Shown here one piece after another: positions 9,982-20,293 of a stretch of DNA of 64,000 nucleotides. The stretch covers positions 234,492 to 298,491 of the forward strand of contig NW_013657668.1 in assembly GCF_000142905.1 (NCBI RefSeq). Reading direction: 5' to 3'. Under the pieces are notes generated by a model. The model was not told the DNA's origin. It saw only the letters and a program-made list of their open reading frames with translations, and ran no database searches. Each line of letters opens with the position of its first letter. Positions within the stretch are counted from its first letter, which is position 1. A program made the translations under genes and the position numbers. The DNA comes from Thecamonas trahens ATCC 50062 (Eukaryota > Protista > Apusomonadida).

Positions 9982-12900
9982 ATGGCTGTGGGTACCTGGC
10001 ACCGCCACCGCCACAACGCCTTCCGCCACCCCCACGCCCGCCTCCAGTCCACCGCCACCGTCCCGGCCACGGCCACGGCCACCACCGCTACCACAACCAC
10101 CATCATGGTGAGCATGATGGTCATTATACTTGCAACAACAGTATGCTTGCCCGCCGTACAAGCAGCATCTCCGCCTCCGCCGTGCTGCACACCCACGCCC
10201 GCCTCGCCAGGATGCCCCTCTGACCCGCCGGTGGCATCGTGTGTCTGTGGCTCCCTCCCGCTCTGCTGCATCATCGGCTGGTCACAAGAGTGTGTTGATG
10301 GTATTCAAAGCTACTGCCCAGCATATCCAGACTACTGTCCTCCTCCGCCACCCAATTGTGTCTTTGCTTGTGGTGATGGTCTCCTCTGCGAGCCTGCAGA
10401 AGAGTGCGATGATGGCAATGCCGATGATTCGGATGCCTGTGTCAACTGCCGCAACGCAATCTGTGGCGATGGATTCCTTCGCGCTGGCCTTGAGGAGTGT
10501 GACGATGGAAATGCAGATCCTACTGATGACTGCGTCGCCTGTCGCAATGCCTACTGTGGCGATGGTGCCGTCCACGCTGGTGTCGAAGAGTGCGACGATG
10601 GCAACGCCGACTCGAGCGATGCTTGTGTTGCCTGCGTTCACGCTGTCTGCGGCGACGGCCACGTTCAACTTGGGGTCGAAGCCTGCGACGACGGCAATAC
10701 CAACACCGACGATGCCTGCATCGGCTGCTTGCCGGCCTTTTGCGGCGACGGCCACGTCTACGCAGGCGTCGAAGAGTGCGACGATAGCAACGTCGACTCG
10801 TCCGACGCCTGCGCCTCGTGCTCTCACGCTGTCTGCGGCGACGGCCATGTCTGGGCCGGCGTCGAGGAATGCGATGATGCCAACGCCGTTTCCACCGATG
10901 CTTGCATTGGCTGCAAGTCTGCCGTCTGCGGCGACGGCCACGTCCACGCCGGCGTCGAAGCCTGCGACGACGGCAATGCACACAACACCGACGGCTGCGT
11001 TGACTGCAAGCTGGCGGTCTGCGGCGACAGCCATGTCCATGCCGGCGTCGAAGAGTGTGACGATGGCAACGCTGACAACACCGACGCCTGCGCTGCCTGC
11101 ACCGCTGCCGTCTGTGGCGACGGCCATGTTTGGGCCGGCATCGAGGCCTGCGATGATGCCAACTCGGATCCAACCGACGCCTGCATTGACTGCACCGCTG
11201 CCGTTTGCGGCGACGGCCACGTCTGGGCCGGCGTCGAAGAGTGCGACGACGCCAACACGGACCCGACTGATGTCTGCGTTGGCTGCAAGCACGCCGTCTG
11301 TGGTGACGGCTTTGTCCACGCCGGCGTCGAAGAGTGCGACGATGGCAATGCTGTCGCCACCGACGCCTGCGTCAGCTGCAAGTCGGCTGTCTGCGGCGAC
11401 GGCCACGTTCGGGTCGGCGTCGAAGAGTGTGACGACGGCAATACCGACTCGACTGATGCCTGCATCTCGTGCTCGCTCGCATCTTGCGGCGATGGCCTTG
11501 TTTGGGCTGGCGTTGAAGAGTGCGACGACGGCAACACAGTCAACACCGATGCCTGCGTCGGGTGCAAGCCCGCAGTCTGTGGCGATGGCTTTGTCCACGC
11601 TGGCGTCGAAGAGTGCGACGACGGCAACGCCGACGATACCGACGGCTGTGTTGGCTGCAAGTTCGCCGTATGCGGCGACGGCCACGTCCATGCAGGCGTC
11701 GAGGCCTGCGACGACGGCAACGCCATCGATACCGACGCGTGCGTCAGCTGCGCCAATGCCGTCTGCGGGGATGGCCATGTCCACCTCGGCGTCGAGGCAT
11801 GCGACGACGGCAACGCCGACAACACCGACAACTGCGTCGACTGCACCATTGCCAGCTGTGGCGATGGCGTCGTCCTCGACGGCGACGAAGAGTGCGACGA
11901 CGGCAACAGCATCTCCACCGATGCCTGTGTCTCGTGCAACCGCGCCGTGTGCGGTGACGGGCACGTGTGGACCGGCGTCGAAGAGTGCGATGACGGCAAC
12001 ACTATTTCCACCGACTCTTGCGTCGGCTGTAGAACGGCGGTCTGCGGCGACGGACACGTTCATGCCGGCGTCGAAGAGTGCGACGATGGCAATGCCGACA
12101 ACACTGACGCCTGCGTTGGCTGCAAGTTCGCGGTCTGTGGCGATGGCCACGTCCACGCCGGCGTCGAGGCTTGCGACGACGGCAACGCCATCGACACCGA
12201 TGCCTGCGTCAGCTGTGCCAACTCGGTCTGCGGCGACGGCCACGTCTGGGCAGGCGTCGAGAGCTGCGACACATCTAATCCGTCGTCGTGCTGCTCGCAT
12301 GTCAATTGCATCGCGCCCGGCAGCTCGGCAGCATGCTCAACCTGTCTCAACGCCTCGATGGTCCTGCAGTCGGTCTGTGTTGACGGCGCCGACGCCTGCA
12401 AGCTCGACGGCTCCGAGTCGGCCGTCTCGTGCTTCCCTTACGCCTGCATCGACGTGCCGACCCATGCCCATGCTGCCGTCTGCCTCACCACATGCTCAAC
12501 AAGCGGCCACTGCGCGCCAGGCGCATACTGCGACAGTGGGTCGAGCCGGTGTATCGACTCATCCGCGCCAGCACCATCGCCGCCGCCGCCACCCTCGCCG
12601 CCGCCACCCTCGCCGCCTCTCCTACCGCCGCCCTCGCCACTCCCACCGCCACCGCCGCCGCCGCCGCTTCAGCCGCCACCGCCGTCTTTCCCGCCGCCGC
12701 CGAGCGATGACGACCTGTTGGTGGATGGCGGGTCTGGCAGCGACTCTGCATCTCGCTCCTTCCGACTCGGCTCGTTGAGCGCTGAGCAGTCGCTCGGCGT
12801 CGTGCTTGTGCTCGGCGTGGCCTCGGGCTGCCTACTCTGCTCGCTCTGCCTCCGGCTGGCGCTCAAGGCCTACCTCTACCAGCCTGTGGTCCGTGGGCGC

Positions 12901-13377
12901 AAGTACCGCGGGCAGACAAGCGCCAGCCACGGCGAGCCTGTTGTTCTGTGGGCCGGGTGCGTGATGACCAAGGTCTCGTCGGCGTCGACAGGCCTGATTG
13001 ACTTTGACGCCCACGCCACGGTAGCGGTCCGCAAGGCTCGTGAAGAGTACGAGTACGACCACGACTACGACTTTGCCTACTTTACCGGCGGCCTCGGCGG
13101 CCTCGGCTCGTCGAGCTCGTCGGCGTTTGACAAGCACCGGTCGACGTCGCGATTTCTGTTTGAGGAAGAAGACGTCGACTTTGGCGCAAACTCGACAGTC
13201 TCGGACTTTGATGACGATGACGACGGCGACGAGACGTCAGCGCTCAACTCTTCGTCGCGGCGAGTGCGGTTCTCACTCGGTGCCACCTCGTCGGCCCCGG
13301 CGTCGTCGGTCTCTGCTGGTGACATCAAGATTGACATGAGCAGTTCATCAACGTCGTCGCTGATGTCATCATCGTGA
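9982..13377 (+). CDS. Type I membrane protein with 20+ myxobacterial-type Cys-rich (DUF4215-like) repeats, Pro-rich stalk, TM and acidic/Ser-rich tail
   Basis: Signal-like segment from ATG 10105; repeat [31 protein letters not shown]; polyPro; [22 protein letters not shown]. Confidence 0.88.
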   Translation: MAVGTWHRHRHNAFRHPHARLQSTATVPATATATTATTTTIMVSMMVIILATTVCLPAVQAASPPPPCCTPTPASPGCPSDPPVASCVCGSLPLCCIIGWSQECVDGIQSYCPAYPDYCPPPPPNCVFACGDGLLCEPAEECDDGNADDSDACVNCRNAICGDGFLRAGLEECDDGNADPTDDCVACRNAYCGDGAVHAGVEECDDGNADSSDACVACVHAVCGDGHVQLGVEACDDGNTNTDDACIGCLPAFCGDGHVYAGVEECDDSNVDSSDACASCSHAVCGDGHVWAGVEECDDANAVSTDACIGCKSAVCGDGHVHAGVEACDDGNAHNTDGCVDCKLAVCGDSHVHAGVEECDDGNADNTDACAACTAAVCGDGHVWAGIEACDDANSDPTDACIDCTAAVCGDGHVWAGVEECDDANTDPTDVCVGCKHAVCGDGFVHAGVEECDDGNAVATDACVSCKSAVCGDGHVRVGVEECDDGNTDSTDACISCSLASCGDGLVWAGVEECDDGNTVNTDACVGCKPAVCGDGFVHAGVEECDDGNADDTDGCVGCKFAVCGDGHVHAGVEACDDGNAIDTDACVSCANAVCGDGHVHLGVEACDDGNADNTDNCVDCTIASCGDGVVLDGDEECDDGNSISTDACVSCNRAVCGDGHVWTGVEECDDGNTISTDSCVGCRTAVCGDGHVHAGVEECDDGNADNTDACVGCKFAVCGDGHVHAGVEACDDGNAIDTDACVSCANSVCGDGHVWAGVESCDTSNPSSCCSHVNCIAPGSSAACSTCLNASMVLQSVCVDGADACKLDGSESAVSCFPYACIDVPTHAHAAVCLTTCSTSGHCAPGAYCDSGSSRCIDSSAPAPSPPPPPSPPPPSPPLLPPPSPLPPPPPPPPLQPPPPSFPPPPSDDDLLVDGGSGSDSASRSFRLGSLSAEQSLGVVLVLGVASGCLLCSLCLRLALKAYLYQPVVRGRKYRGQTSASHGEPVVLWAGCVMTKVSSASTGLIDFDAHATVAVRKAREEYEYDHDYDFAYFTGGLGGLGSSSSSAFDKHRSTSRFLFEEEDVDFGANSTVSDFDDDDDGDETSALNSSSRRVRFSLGATSSAPASSVSAGDIKIDMSSSSTSSLMSSS
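10369..12270 (+). repeat. Coding tandem array of a 93-bp (31-aa) unit, 20 full copies plus one partial
   Basis: First CGD codon at 10369 and 21st at 12229, exactly 20 x 93 bp apart. Confidence 0.95.
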
Positions 13378-13384
13378 CGGCAGT

Positions 13385-14584
13385 TCACGCCGAAGCGTGC
13401 GGGTGAGGCGGTGAGACCGCTCCCCAAGCGGCACCAAGCAGGTGCCAGTTCTTGATGGCGGTCTCCTGCACATCGACCGGAGTCGCAAGCTGCGGGGTGA
13501 CCCGCGCTGAGCTCGGATCGCGCGATGGCGCAAAATTGAGGCTGGTCAGATGCGGCGCGTCATTGTTACACGCCGCAGCCACAAGGTCGACGTGCGGTGT
13601 GAGGGTCTCGACCGAGTTGGGCACCTGCGCCATGGTCTCCTCCAGGAGGTCGATGGGGATGTGGCGGCCAGTAGCGGCCGCCCGCGACTCGACCCGCTCC
13701 ATAATGTGATGCCGCTCGGCGGTGACATGGACAATAGCAATACGGTAGGTCGGAAACTTGGCCTTGATCCGCGGGAACAGCTGGTCGCGGAAGAAGCCGG
13801 CGTGCCGGAGTGAGCCGTCTATGATGATGTCTGCCTGAACCTTGAACGCGATCGACTGCATCACCTCTTGGATGTACGACGCCTCCAAATGCGTTCGCGA
13901 TCCGGCCAGAGTTGGATCGTCGCCAAGGTACGCCGCCATTTCCGGCAGCTTGTACCGGATCTTGTCGGGATCGATAAAGACAAAGCACCGCTGAGGGAGG
14001 ACGCCGAGCTCGTCAAGCTTGCGGAGAACATACGACTTGCCTGAGCCCATTGTGCCGGCGGTAAAAATGGCCCACGGCTCATGGTCGGCAACCGGCCCCG
14101 TGAGGCTGCCGTCGCCGCCGCAGTCACACCCGTTGTCGCCCTCGCCCTCGCCATCGCCATCGCACCCAGAGCCACACCCGCACCCGCTGTCTCCATCCCT
14201 CCCTTCGGGCACTACACCGATCGCCGCCAGGGCATCATCGTCCGACGATTCGGCGGCAGCAGCAGCAGCAAAGGCGCGGAGAGCCGTCTGCGGACACTCT
14301 GCGAGGAACTCGTCGATGATGCGGTCGTGGAGCCGCTGGCGGGCCGGGGTGTAGTGGACGTGCCACGAGTAGTCGATCATGTCCGGCATCCGTTCGCGGG
14401 CGTACTTGCCGGTAAAGACCGGTGGTCCTGAATTAGCATACAGCTCTGACGTAGTCATAGCCAGCTGCTGCGCCGACAGCACCACCGTCTCGGGTCGCTC
14501 TGGTGAAGGTCCGTCATCACCTGCTCCACCCGCACTGCATGGCTGGCTCGAGCACCCACCTCCGCTCTGGGAGCAGAACGACAT
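13385..14584 (-). CDS. Zeta-toxin-like P-loop kinase
   Basis: FTAGTMGSGKS Walker A, IDPDKIR..LPE, IIIDGSLR, lid RVESRAAATGRHIP. Confidence 0.8.
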   Translation of the reverse strand: MSFCSQSGGGCSSQPCSAGGAGDDGPSPERPETVVLSAQQLAMTTSELYANSGPPVFTGKYARERMPDMIDYSWHVHYTPARQRLHDRIIDEFLAECPQTALRAFAAAAAAESSDDDALAAIGVVPEGRDGDSGCGCGSGCDGDGEGEGDNGCDCGGDGSLTGPVADHEPWAIFTAGTMGSGKSYVLRKLDELGVLPQRCFVFIDPDKIRYKLPEMAAYLGDDPTLAGSRTHLEASYIQEVMQSIAFKVQADIIIDGSLRHAGFFRDQLFPRIKAKFPTYRIAIVHVTAERHHIMERVESRAAATGRHIPIDLLEETMAQVPNSVETLTPHVDLVAAACNNDAPHLTSLNFAPSRDPSSARVTPQLATPVDVQETAIKNWHLLGAAWGAVSPPHPHASA

Positions 14585-14811
14585 GCCCAGCACAACGACA
14601 ACCACTAGAACACCAGCTGTGTGGTAAAATCCCGTCGCTCTAGACTCTTCAACCGCACCGGTTGGCCGTGATGTGAAGTGGTTGTGTAGGATTGACCTTT
14701 GAGGAGGGGGAGGGGGGGAGGGGAGGGGAGAGAGAGAGAACGGAACGATGCGGGGGTGAACAACGGTGGATCAAGTGCGACCTTGACTCATGTGTACGCG
14801 AGCTATAACCC

Positions 14812-15600
14812 TTAACGGTACGGTCGTTCGAACGCGTTGTCGCGCATCTCAAAGTCAACAACGCGATGATGCTTGACTTCCAGGTCACCGGCCGAGGCTG
14901 CGCGACATCTGCTTGGCCTATGGCTTGAGGTGGGAGGCGCGCCCGATGCGTGATGGCGGCCGACACGAAGACGCCCGCCTGAAGGATGTCCGACCTGGAG
15001 CATGGGCGAGGTGCGCGAGGTGCCACACGGCGCCGACCCGGAGGAGCGGCGGGCGCGAACGGTATGGAGCTTGTCGTTGACGACCCCGACGACCGGGAAG
15101 TTGAGCATGTCAGAGTTGATCACAGCGGTATGACGGGGCGCCGTGGACGTTGTGGATCTACTTGCGACGGACGAGCTCGCCGGTCGGTGTGGCCGACGCC
15201 GACATGAGGAGCGAGGACGTGCATGTCGCGCGACGCGAACGCGCCGGCGAGCGCCGAGTCGAGCGCCGAGTTGATGTCGAGGTCGAGAGCTTGGGGTCGT
15301 CCTTGGCGATGAACGAGGCGACGATGTCGGCAATCGGCATCCTCCTGGAGCTCAGCTTCCAGCTGCATGGCAGACTTCATGTACGCTTGCTTAGCCTCGT
15401 GCGACGCAGGCTTGGACATATGCTCCTTGGCGATGCGGAACGCCTTGGACTTGGCCTCGGCCTTGAGCTTGACCATCGAGACGATTTTGAGCCCGTGCCC
15501 GCCCGGCCCCGCCGCCTCTGCGTCCGCTGCCGCTTCGTACCAATTGGCACGATGTGCTGGTACTCAAGGCCAGCATAGTAAATGTGAGGAAATCTCAAGC
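14812..15600 (-). pseudogene. Multiply frameshifted coding-like region (pseudogene or low-quality sequence)
   Basis: Protein-like blocks alternate between frames: VKLKAEAKSKAFRIAKEHM / MPIADIVASFIAKDDPKL / LDLDINSALDSALAGAF / AVINSDMLNFPVVGVVNDKL / HHRVVDFEMRDNAFERPYR. Confidence 0.5.
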
Positions 15601-15847
15601 CGTCGAGCCAGCGGAGCGATCGCTCGGCCGGCAACCGAGTGTATCTGTGTGCGTAGGACGGGGGGGAGGGGGAGGGGGGAGGGGGGGGGGGGGGGGGTTC
15701 ACGACCTTTTTTCTGTTGAGTAGCGTGGACAATGCCATCGGGGTGCGAGCAAGAGTGATGGAGGGCGGGCGGGCACCCACTTGACGACCTTTTTCTGACC
15801 CTCGCTCAGCTCTTGCCGCGAGGAAGACTCGGCTGCTTCTTCTACCC

Positions 15848-17452
15848 ATGGCGACAACAAGCGAGGCAGGCGACGCAGGCACGGTGGTTATCTACGGGAA
15901 AGAGGCGGGGAGTGGGCCTCTGACCTGCTTGCCTGTGGCGGTAGCGTCCGAGCTGGTGCTGGGGCGGGAGGTGGTCGGCGGAGACAAACATGTCTCGCGC
16001 CGGCAGGCGGTGCTCCGGTGGGAGTCGGACCGAGACGGCAAGGTGGCCAAGGCCATGCTTGAGGTCGCCGGCGTCAATCCGGTCCGGATCCGCAAGGCTG
16101 ATGGTGCCACACGTCTGGTGCGGACAGGCGAGTCTGCCGAACTGACCGCTGGCGACGGCTTCTGGCTCGTTCGCTCGCTGTACTGGATCGCGCTCGATGG
16201 CGTGGACTGGGGAAGCAGCGCCGGCAATGCGGGGCGTCGGATCTCAGGTCTAGTCCCGCTGGGAGACCGGCGCGGTACGTCGTCCGTCACTGGGGTAAGC
16301 CTCGAGTTTGCGGGGCTGTTTGGCCTCGATGTGCTGGGCAACCCCGATCCGCAGGCCTCGGGCCCTGAGATGTGCGGCGACATGGTGGTGGAAGATGTGG
16401 ACGCGGCATTTGCGCAGCTGGCACAGGACGAGGCGCTGGCACGCAAGCTGGCACAGGATGAGAAGGCTGCAGCGCCGCTGCCGCCGCTACCTGAGGCGCA
16501 GGTGCAGATGGCCGAGGACGAGGCGCTGGCCCGGGCCCTGGCCGAGGCCGAGGCCGAGGCCGAGGCCGAGGCGCTCCGGCTCGAGGCTGATCGCAAGATG
16601 GCGGCCGCGCTCGAAGCAGCGCTGCAGAAGGAGCTTGCCAATCCGCGCGATGTGGCGACGCTGGCGGACGCCTTTGTGCAGCGCATCTTCGAGTCGATGA
16701 CCAAGATGGGCAAGAGCATTCTCAAGCTGCAGAAGCTCTCGTCCGAGGTGCTAGAGACCAAGTTTGAGGTCAAGTGGAACGAGTACATGGCGGTCTACGG
16801 CGCCGATTCGGAGGAAGCGCGGCCGCGGCTTGCCTTTCATGGCACACGGTCGTCGGCGCTGGCGTCGATCGCCGCCAAAGGTCTGGTGGTTCCGGGCACC
16901 GAGCCGGGCGTCAAGCACCGGACCGACTCGGGCTGGTACGGCCGCGGTGTGTACTTTTCGCCCAACTTTAGCGTCGCCTCGGCGTATGCAAGCAACTCGC
17001 AGGTCATTGTCGCCGCGGTTGTCCGTGGGAGAGTGCTCTCGATTCCAGCCTCGGACTCGACGACCTATCGCGGGCAGCCGTGCGAGCCTGGCTACGACTC
17101 GCATGAGGCCGGCAACGAGTGGATCATGTTCCAGGCTGAGCAGATTCTGCCTCTCTTTCTCCTTACCTTTGCGCATGGCAAGCGTGCCGACGGGTGGGCG
17201 CCCGAGTACCTGCCGGGTGCCAACGCGCTGGAAAAGTTCGAGGCCAAGGTCGCCGCCAAGAAGAAGGCGCGCAAGCGCAAGCGCGCCGCCATCCCGCTCA
17301 ACATGTCACCCGAGGAAATCGCAGCGTCGCCGCTCAACGCGCTGACAGTCGCCGAACTGAAAGATGAGCTCGCTGCGTACGACCTCCCGGCGCACGGGAA
17401 CAAGGCGTCTCTGATCGCGGCACTCACGGCAGCGTATGCTGACACGCCGTAG
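15848..17452 (+). CDS. FHA-like + UIM/MIU-like repeats + PARP-type ADP-ribosyltransferase + SAP domain protein
   Basis: LVLGR..DKHVSRRQA..GVNP (PNKP/aprataxin-type FHA); DEALARKLAQ and DEALARALAE; FHGT, GWYGRGVYFS, NEWIMF..QILP; basic NLS KKKARKRKR; LNALTVAELKDELAAYDLPAHGNKASLIAAL. Confidence 0.85.
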   Translation: MATTSEAGDAGTVVIYGKEAGSGPLTCLPVAVASELVLGREVVGGDKHVSRRQAVLRWESDRDGKVAKAMLEVAGVNPVRIRKADGATRLVRTGESAELTAGDGFWLVRSLYWIALDGVDWGSSAGNAGRRISGLVPLGDRRGTSSVTGVSLEFAGLFGLDVLGNPDPQASGPEMCGDMVVEDVDAAFAQLAQDEALARKLAQDEKAAAPLPPLPEAQVQMAEDEALARALAEAEAEAEAEALRLEADRKMAAALEAALQKELANPRDVATLADAFVQRIFESMTKMGKSILKLQKLSSEVLETKFEVKWNEYMAVYGADSEEARPRLAFHGTRSSALASIAAKGLVVPGTEPGVKHRTDSGWYGRGVYFSPNFSVASAYASNSQVIVAAVVRGRVLSIPASDSTTYRGQPCEPGYDSHEAGNEWIMFQAEQILPLFLLTFAHGKRADGWAPEYLPGANALEKFEAKVAAKKKARKRKRAAIPLNMSPEEIAASPLNALTVAELKDELAAYDLPAHGNKASLIAALTAAYADTP

Positions 17453-18567
17453 CTAGTGTTCAGCTGTGGCGAACCGAGCGCACGACGCCGGCGCAGCCGG
17501 CCCGCGGTACTCGGCAGCCCGCGCTAGGACGACTTCATCGCCGCGCGCGAGCCGCACACCGGACTTGGTGTGGACGACGTTCATGCCAAAGAAAACATCG
17601 TTTTCTCCGGGCACTGCCGCCCGATACGTCCGCAGCGTCTTGGTCGGCTGCGCCTCGGGCGACCGGACGCCGGTGGCCGGATCGACGGTCGGAACCGAGC
17701 ATCGGGCGCACGGCTTGACGCACACCAGCTCGAGCTCGCGCTCGGGAAGAACGAGCATCTCAGCGTAGTCTTCGGCGTGCGGCGGGACACCGTCGAGAAC
17801 CACGTTGGGTCTAAAGTTATGGATCGAGACTGCCGGAGCGCCGGCGGCCGCTAGGCGCGAGTTGAGCTCGTCGATCGCCGCACTGGAGAGGACCAGTAGC
17901 GGGAAGCCGTCGGCAAAGGCGCCAGCCTCGATAGCCGACGGAATAAGCTCGCGGCAGCCGCTTGGCCAAGAGACCCACGGGACCGAGTCATCCTCCAGTG
18001 CCCTGCGCCCACCCTCGGGCCGTGACTCAAACGGCGACGCACCGAGATGGACCAGCCGCAGCCGCATCGCCGTCCGGGTCATCGGGCAGAGCTTGGACTC
18101 GAGCCACGCGGCGGCAACATCGCCGCAGTCTACCGCAGCAAGATGCTCCCCCACAGCTCGACCGTGATCGGCTTGCGCACGGTCTCACGATCGAGTTGAA
18201 GCACGTCGCCGTCCAGGCTCATCTCGACCAGCTCGCACGAGTCGGCCGCCACTCGAGGCGTCAGCCGGATCATGCCGGGCACGACCCGCGGAGTGAGAAA
18301 GTGCCACACACTCTCGTCACATTCATTATTGCTGGCCATATCGGCGGTCTTCCGGTAGACAATCATGTACTCGCGGTCGTGCGCCAGGCCGTACGGCGTC
18401 AGCTGCGCCGAGTCGACGGCAACGCCCGCGCAGCCCTTGACCGGGTACACGAACAGCTGGCCAACACTCGGTCGTGCGGTTGCTCCTGCTGCTGCCCGCC
18501 CAGCACGCAAGAGGTATCCGCCGAAAAGAAGGCCTGCCGAGGCCAAGCCGGTTGCAATTGCTGCCAT
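17453..18567 (-). CDS. MTARC: mARC-like MOSC-domain molybdoenzyme (frameshift in C5 run 18148-18152)
   Basis: N-terminal anchor, LFVYPVKGC, DREYM, LWG-EHLAAVDCGD after adding one base, FADGFPLL, NFRPNVV, KPCARCSVPTVDP. Confidence 0.88.
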
Positions 18568-18868
18568 AACGGAATGAGGGGAAGCGGAGAGGGGTAGGGG
18601 GGTGCGTGGAATTACGGGGAGGGGAGGATGGTGGCGAGCTCAGCCGGCACGAGACCAGTCGGTGGACAAGACCGATGGTGGGCGGTGGTGGGCGACAGAC
18701 GGTAGAAAATCTGGCGTAAGGTACTTGGGCTCGGTACTTGGGCTCTGAACACCTTTAACACCACTCGCCATGGCTCACCACCATCGGCACACATGTGGCG
18801 GGCGAGCGCCATCAGCCAAAAGCCATCGCCATCAGCCACAAGCCATCGCCATCGATCGACTGCCATCA

Positions 18869-19566
18869 TCATCGTCTTGCAAAGGCTCCCGAGGCATGGG
18901 TGCCTGCAGCGGCAGCCTGCGCAGCCTCACGAGCTTCGATGCGCTTGGCGAAGAGATTAGACGCGAGCTGCGAGGCGGCAAGGAACTTGTCCACACAGTT
19001 GGAGATGCACACCTGCTCAGCCTCATCCAGTGCCCACTACAGTCACCACATCCATGCGATCCATCCATTGACACGAGTAAGAGGAGGGAGGGGGGGATCG
19101 AATAGAGGGAGAGGAGGCGGGTGAGTCTGAGAAGCGCGTCATGGGAGAGAGAGGAGAAGGGACGACAGGAAGTGAGGGGAGACAGAGGGGGACGGGGGGG
19201 GGAGGGGGGGGGAGAGGCGATGAAGCCAAGCAAGACACATACCTCACCAGTCTGCCAGCCCTGGTAGGACCATTTGAAGTGGGTGACGCAGTCGTCAAAG
19301 CACTGCTCGGCAAGCCCGCCACGGGAGCGCATCATGTGTCTCCGCGCCTGGGCGTCAAAGTGGAGCTGGACGTTGTTGTGCCCGGCAGGAGGGCCCGCCG
19401 GTCGAGCCGGAGCGCCCCACCCGCCCCCAGCCTGTGGGCTTGCCCGGCCTCGCCCGCCACCAGGATTGGCTGGCACTCCTCCTCCACCAGAGTATCCACT
19501 CGATGGTGGACTCGCTGTTGTGTACTGTGGTGGTGCCCGCCCGCCAAAGCTGCCCGACGACGCCAT
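18869..19566 (-). CDS. Small Tim (Tim9-like) twin-CX3C chaperone; exons 19566-19243 and 19036-18869
   Basis: CFDDCVTHF in exon 1; intron GTATGT(19242)...GTAG(19037), phase 0; exon 2 WALDEAEQVCISNCVDKF...AFARR*. Confidence 0.82.
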
Positions 19567-19833
19567 GGTCGGCCAGAGTGAGATGGTGTCGCTTCGTCGC
19601 CGATCCGCCTGCTCTCGCACCGCAGAGACGGAGCAAGCTAAATCTACGCCCAGTGCCTTTAACAGAGAATGCATTCGGACCAGATCAAGCCCTCTTGGGA
19701 GTGGAGCGTGCTCGTGGGTTGTATTTTGCAGGTTATGCAGGGATTTACTATGGCGCTGGAGGCTTGGATATGTCTCGGTTGAGCGCGTCGTGTGTGAAAC
19801 CCATTTTGAGAGCGGCGGCTTGGCGAGCGGCTC

Positions 19834-19842
19834 GATATACAA
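19834..19842 (+). promoter_or_regulatory. TATA-like element about 30 bp upstream of the RNase P RNA
   Basis: GATATACAA with TATA at -32..-29 relative to 19868 in otherwise GC-rich DNA. Confidence 0.45.
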
Positions 19843-19867
19843 CTCGGGCCGAGACCAAACTTGCTTT

Positions 19868-20248
19868 GGTTGGAGACTCTTTCGTGGCTCATCCTCGCGC
19901 ACACGAGCAAACCAACACATCCGGGTCCTCCGGGGCCCGGCGCTACGTACCTTTCACTCGTGGGAAGGTCTGCGGACGCACCGAGTACATAGAGGCGCGA
20001 AACGCGCACCTTGGTTAACCTAGCTAAGGCCCATCGACCAGAAACGCACCGTGATGCGGAGCGCCCCTGCCAACGACAGCAGACCTTCGGGCCTGCCGAG
20101 GCACAGTGCCTGCGCAACGCGGCTGGAACGACGTGGGAGACGGTGCTACACCCTCTGTCAGCTGAATACGCGAGAACGGGCGCCCGATCAGGCGGTGCCG
20201 CCCGTCCACTCAATGCAGACTACACTGACGTCGCGAGGGACTTCAACC
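19868..20248 (+). ncRNA. RPR1: Nuclear RNase P RNA (~381 nt)
   Basis: CR-I GGAAGGTCTG (19963-19972) pairs with CR-V ACTCAATGCAGACTAC (20208-20223) to form P4. P1 GGTTGGAG..TCTTTCGTGGC / GTCGCGAGGGACTTCAACC; P2 CTCGCG (19894) / CGCGAG (20169); P3 CACGAG...CTCGTG with internal loop; CR-II AGAAA (20040); CR-III TGGAA (20124); P19 ACGGGCG/CGCCCGT. Confidence 0.92.
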
Positions 20249-20253
20249 TTTTT
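20249..20253 (+). terminator. Pol III terminator (T5)
   Basis: TTTTT immediately after the 3' strand of P1. Confidence 0.8.
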
Positions 20254-20293
20254 GCTCACCCGGCGACCCTCACCTGCCCATCCCGTCGTCGGC

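Noticed and set aside
10369-12270. Regular 93-bp periodicity as a CRISPR-like array
   Set aside because: It is an in-frame protein repeat with synonymous variation and no repeat/spacer structure.
10130-12778. Long overlapping and antisense ORFs (882 aa, 672 aa; likewise 53945-55663 and many in 30-38 kb)
   Set aside because: Shadow ORFs expected from high GC3; low-complexity translations with no motifs.
19655-19680. ACAGAGA as a U6 snRNA box
   Set aside because: No following AGATTAGC or internal stem-loop.
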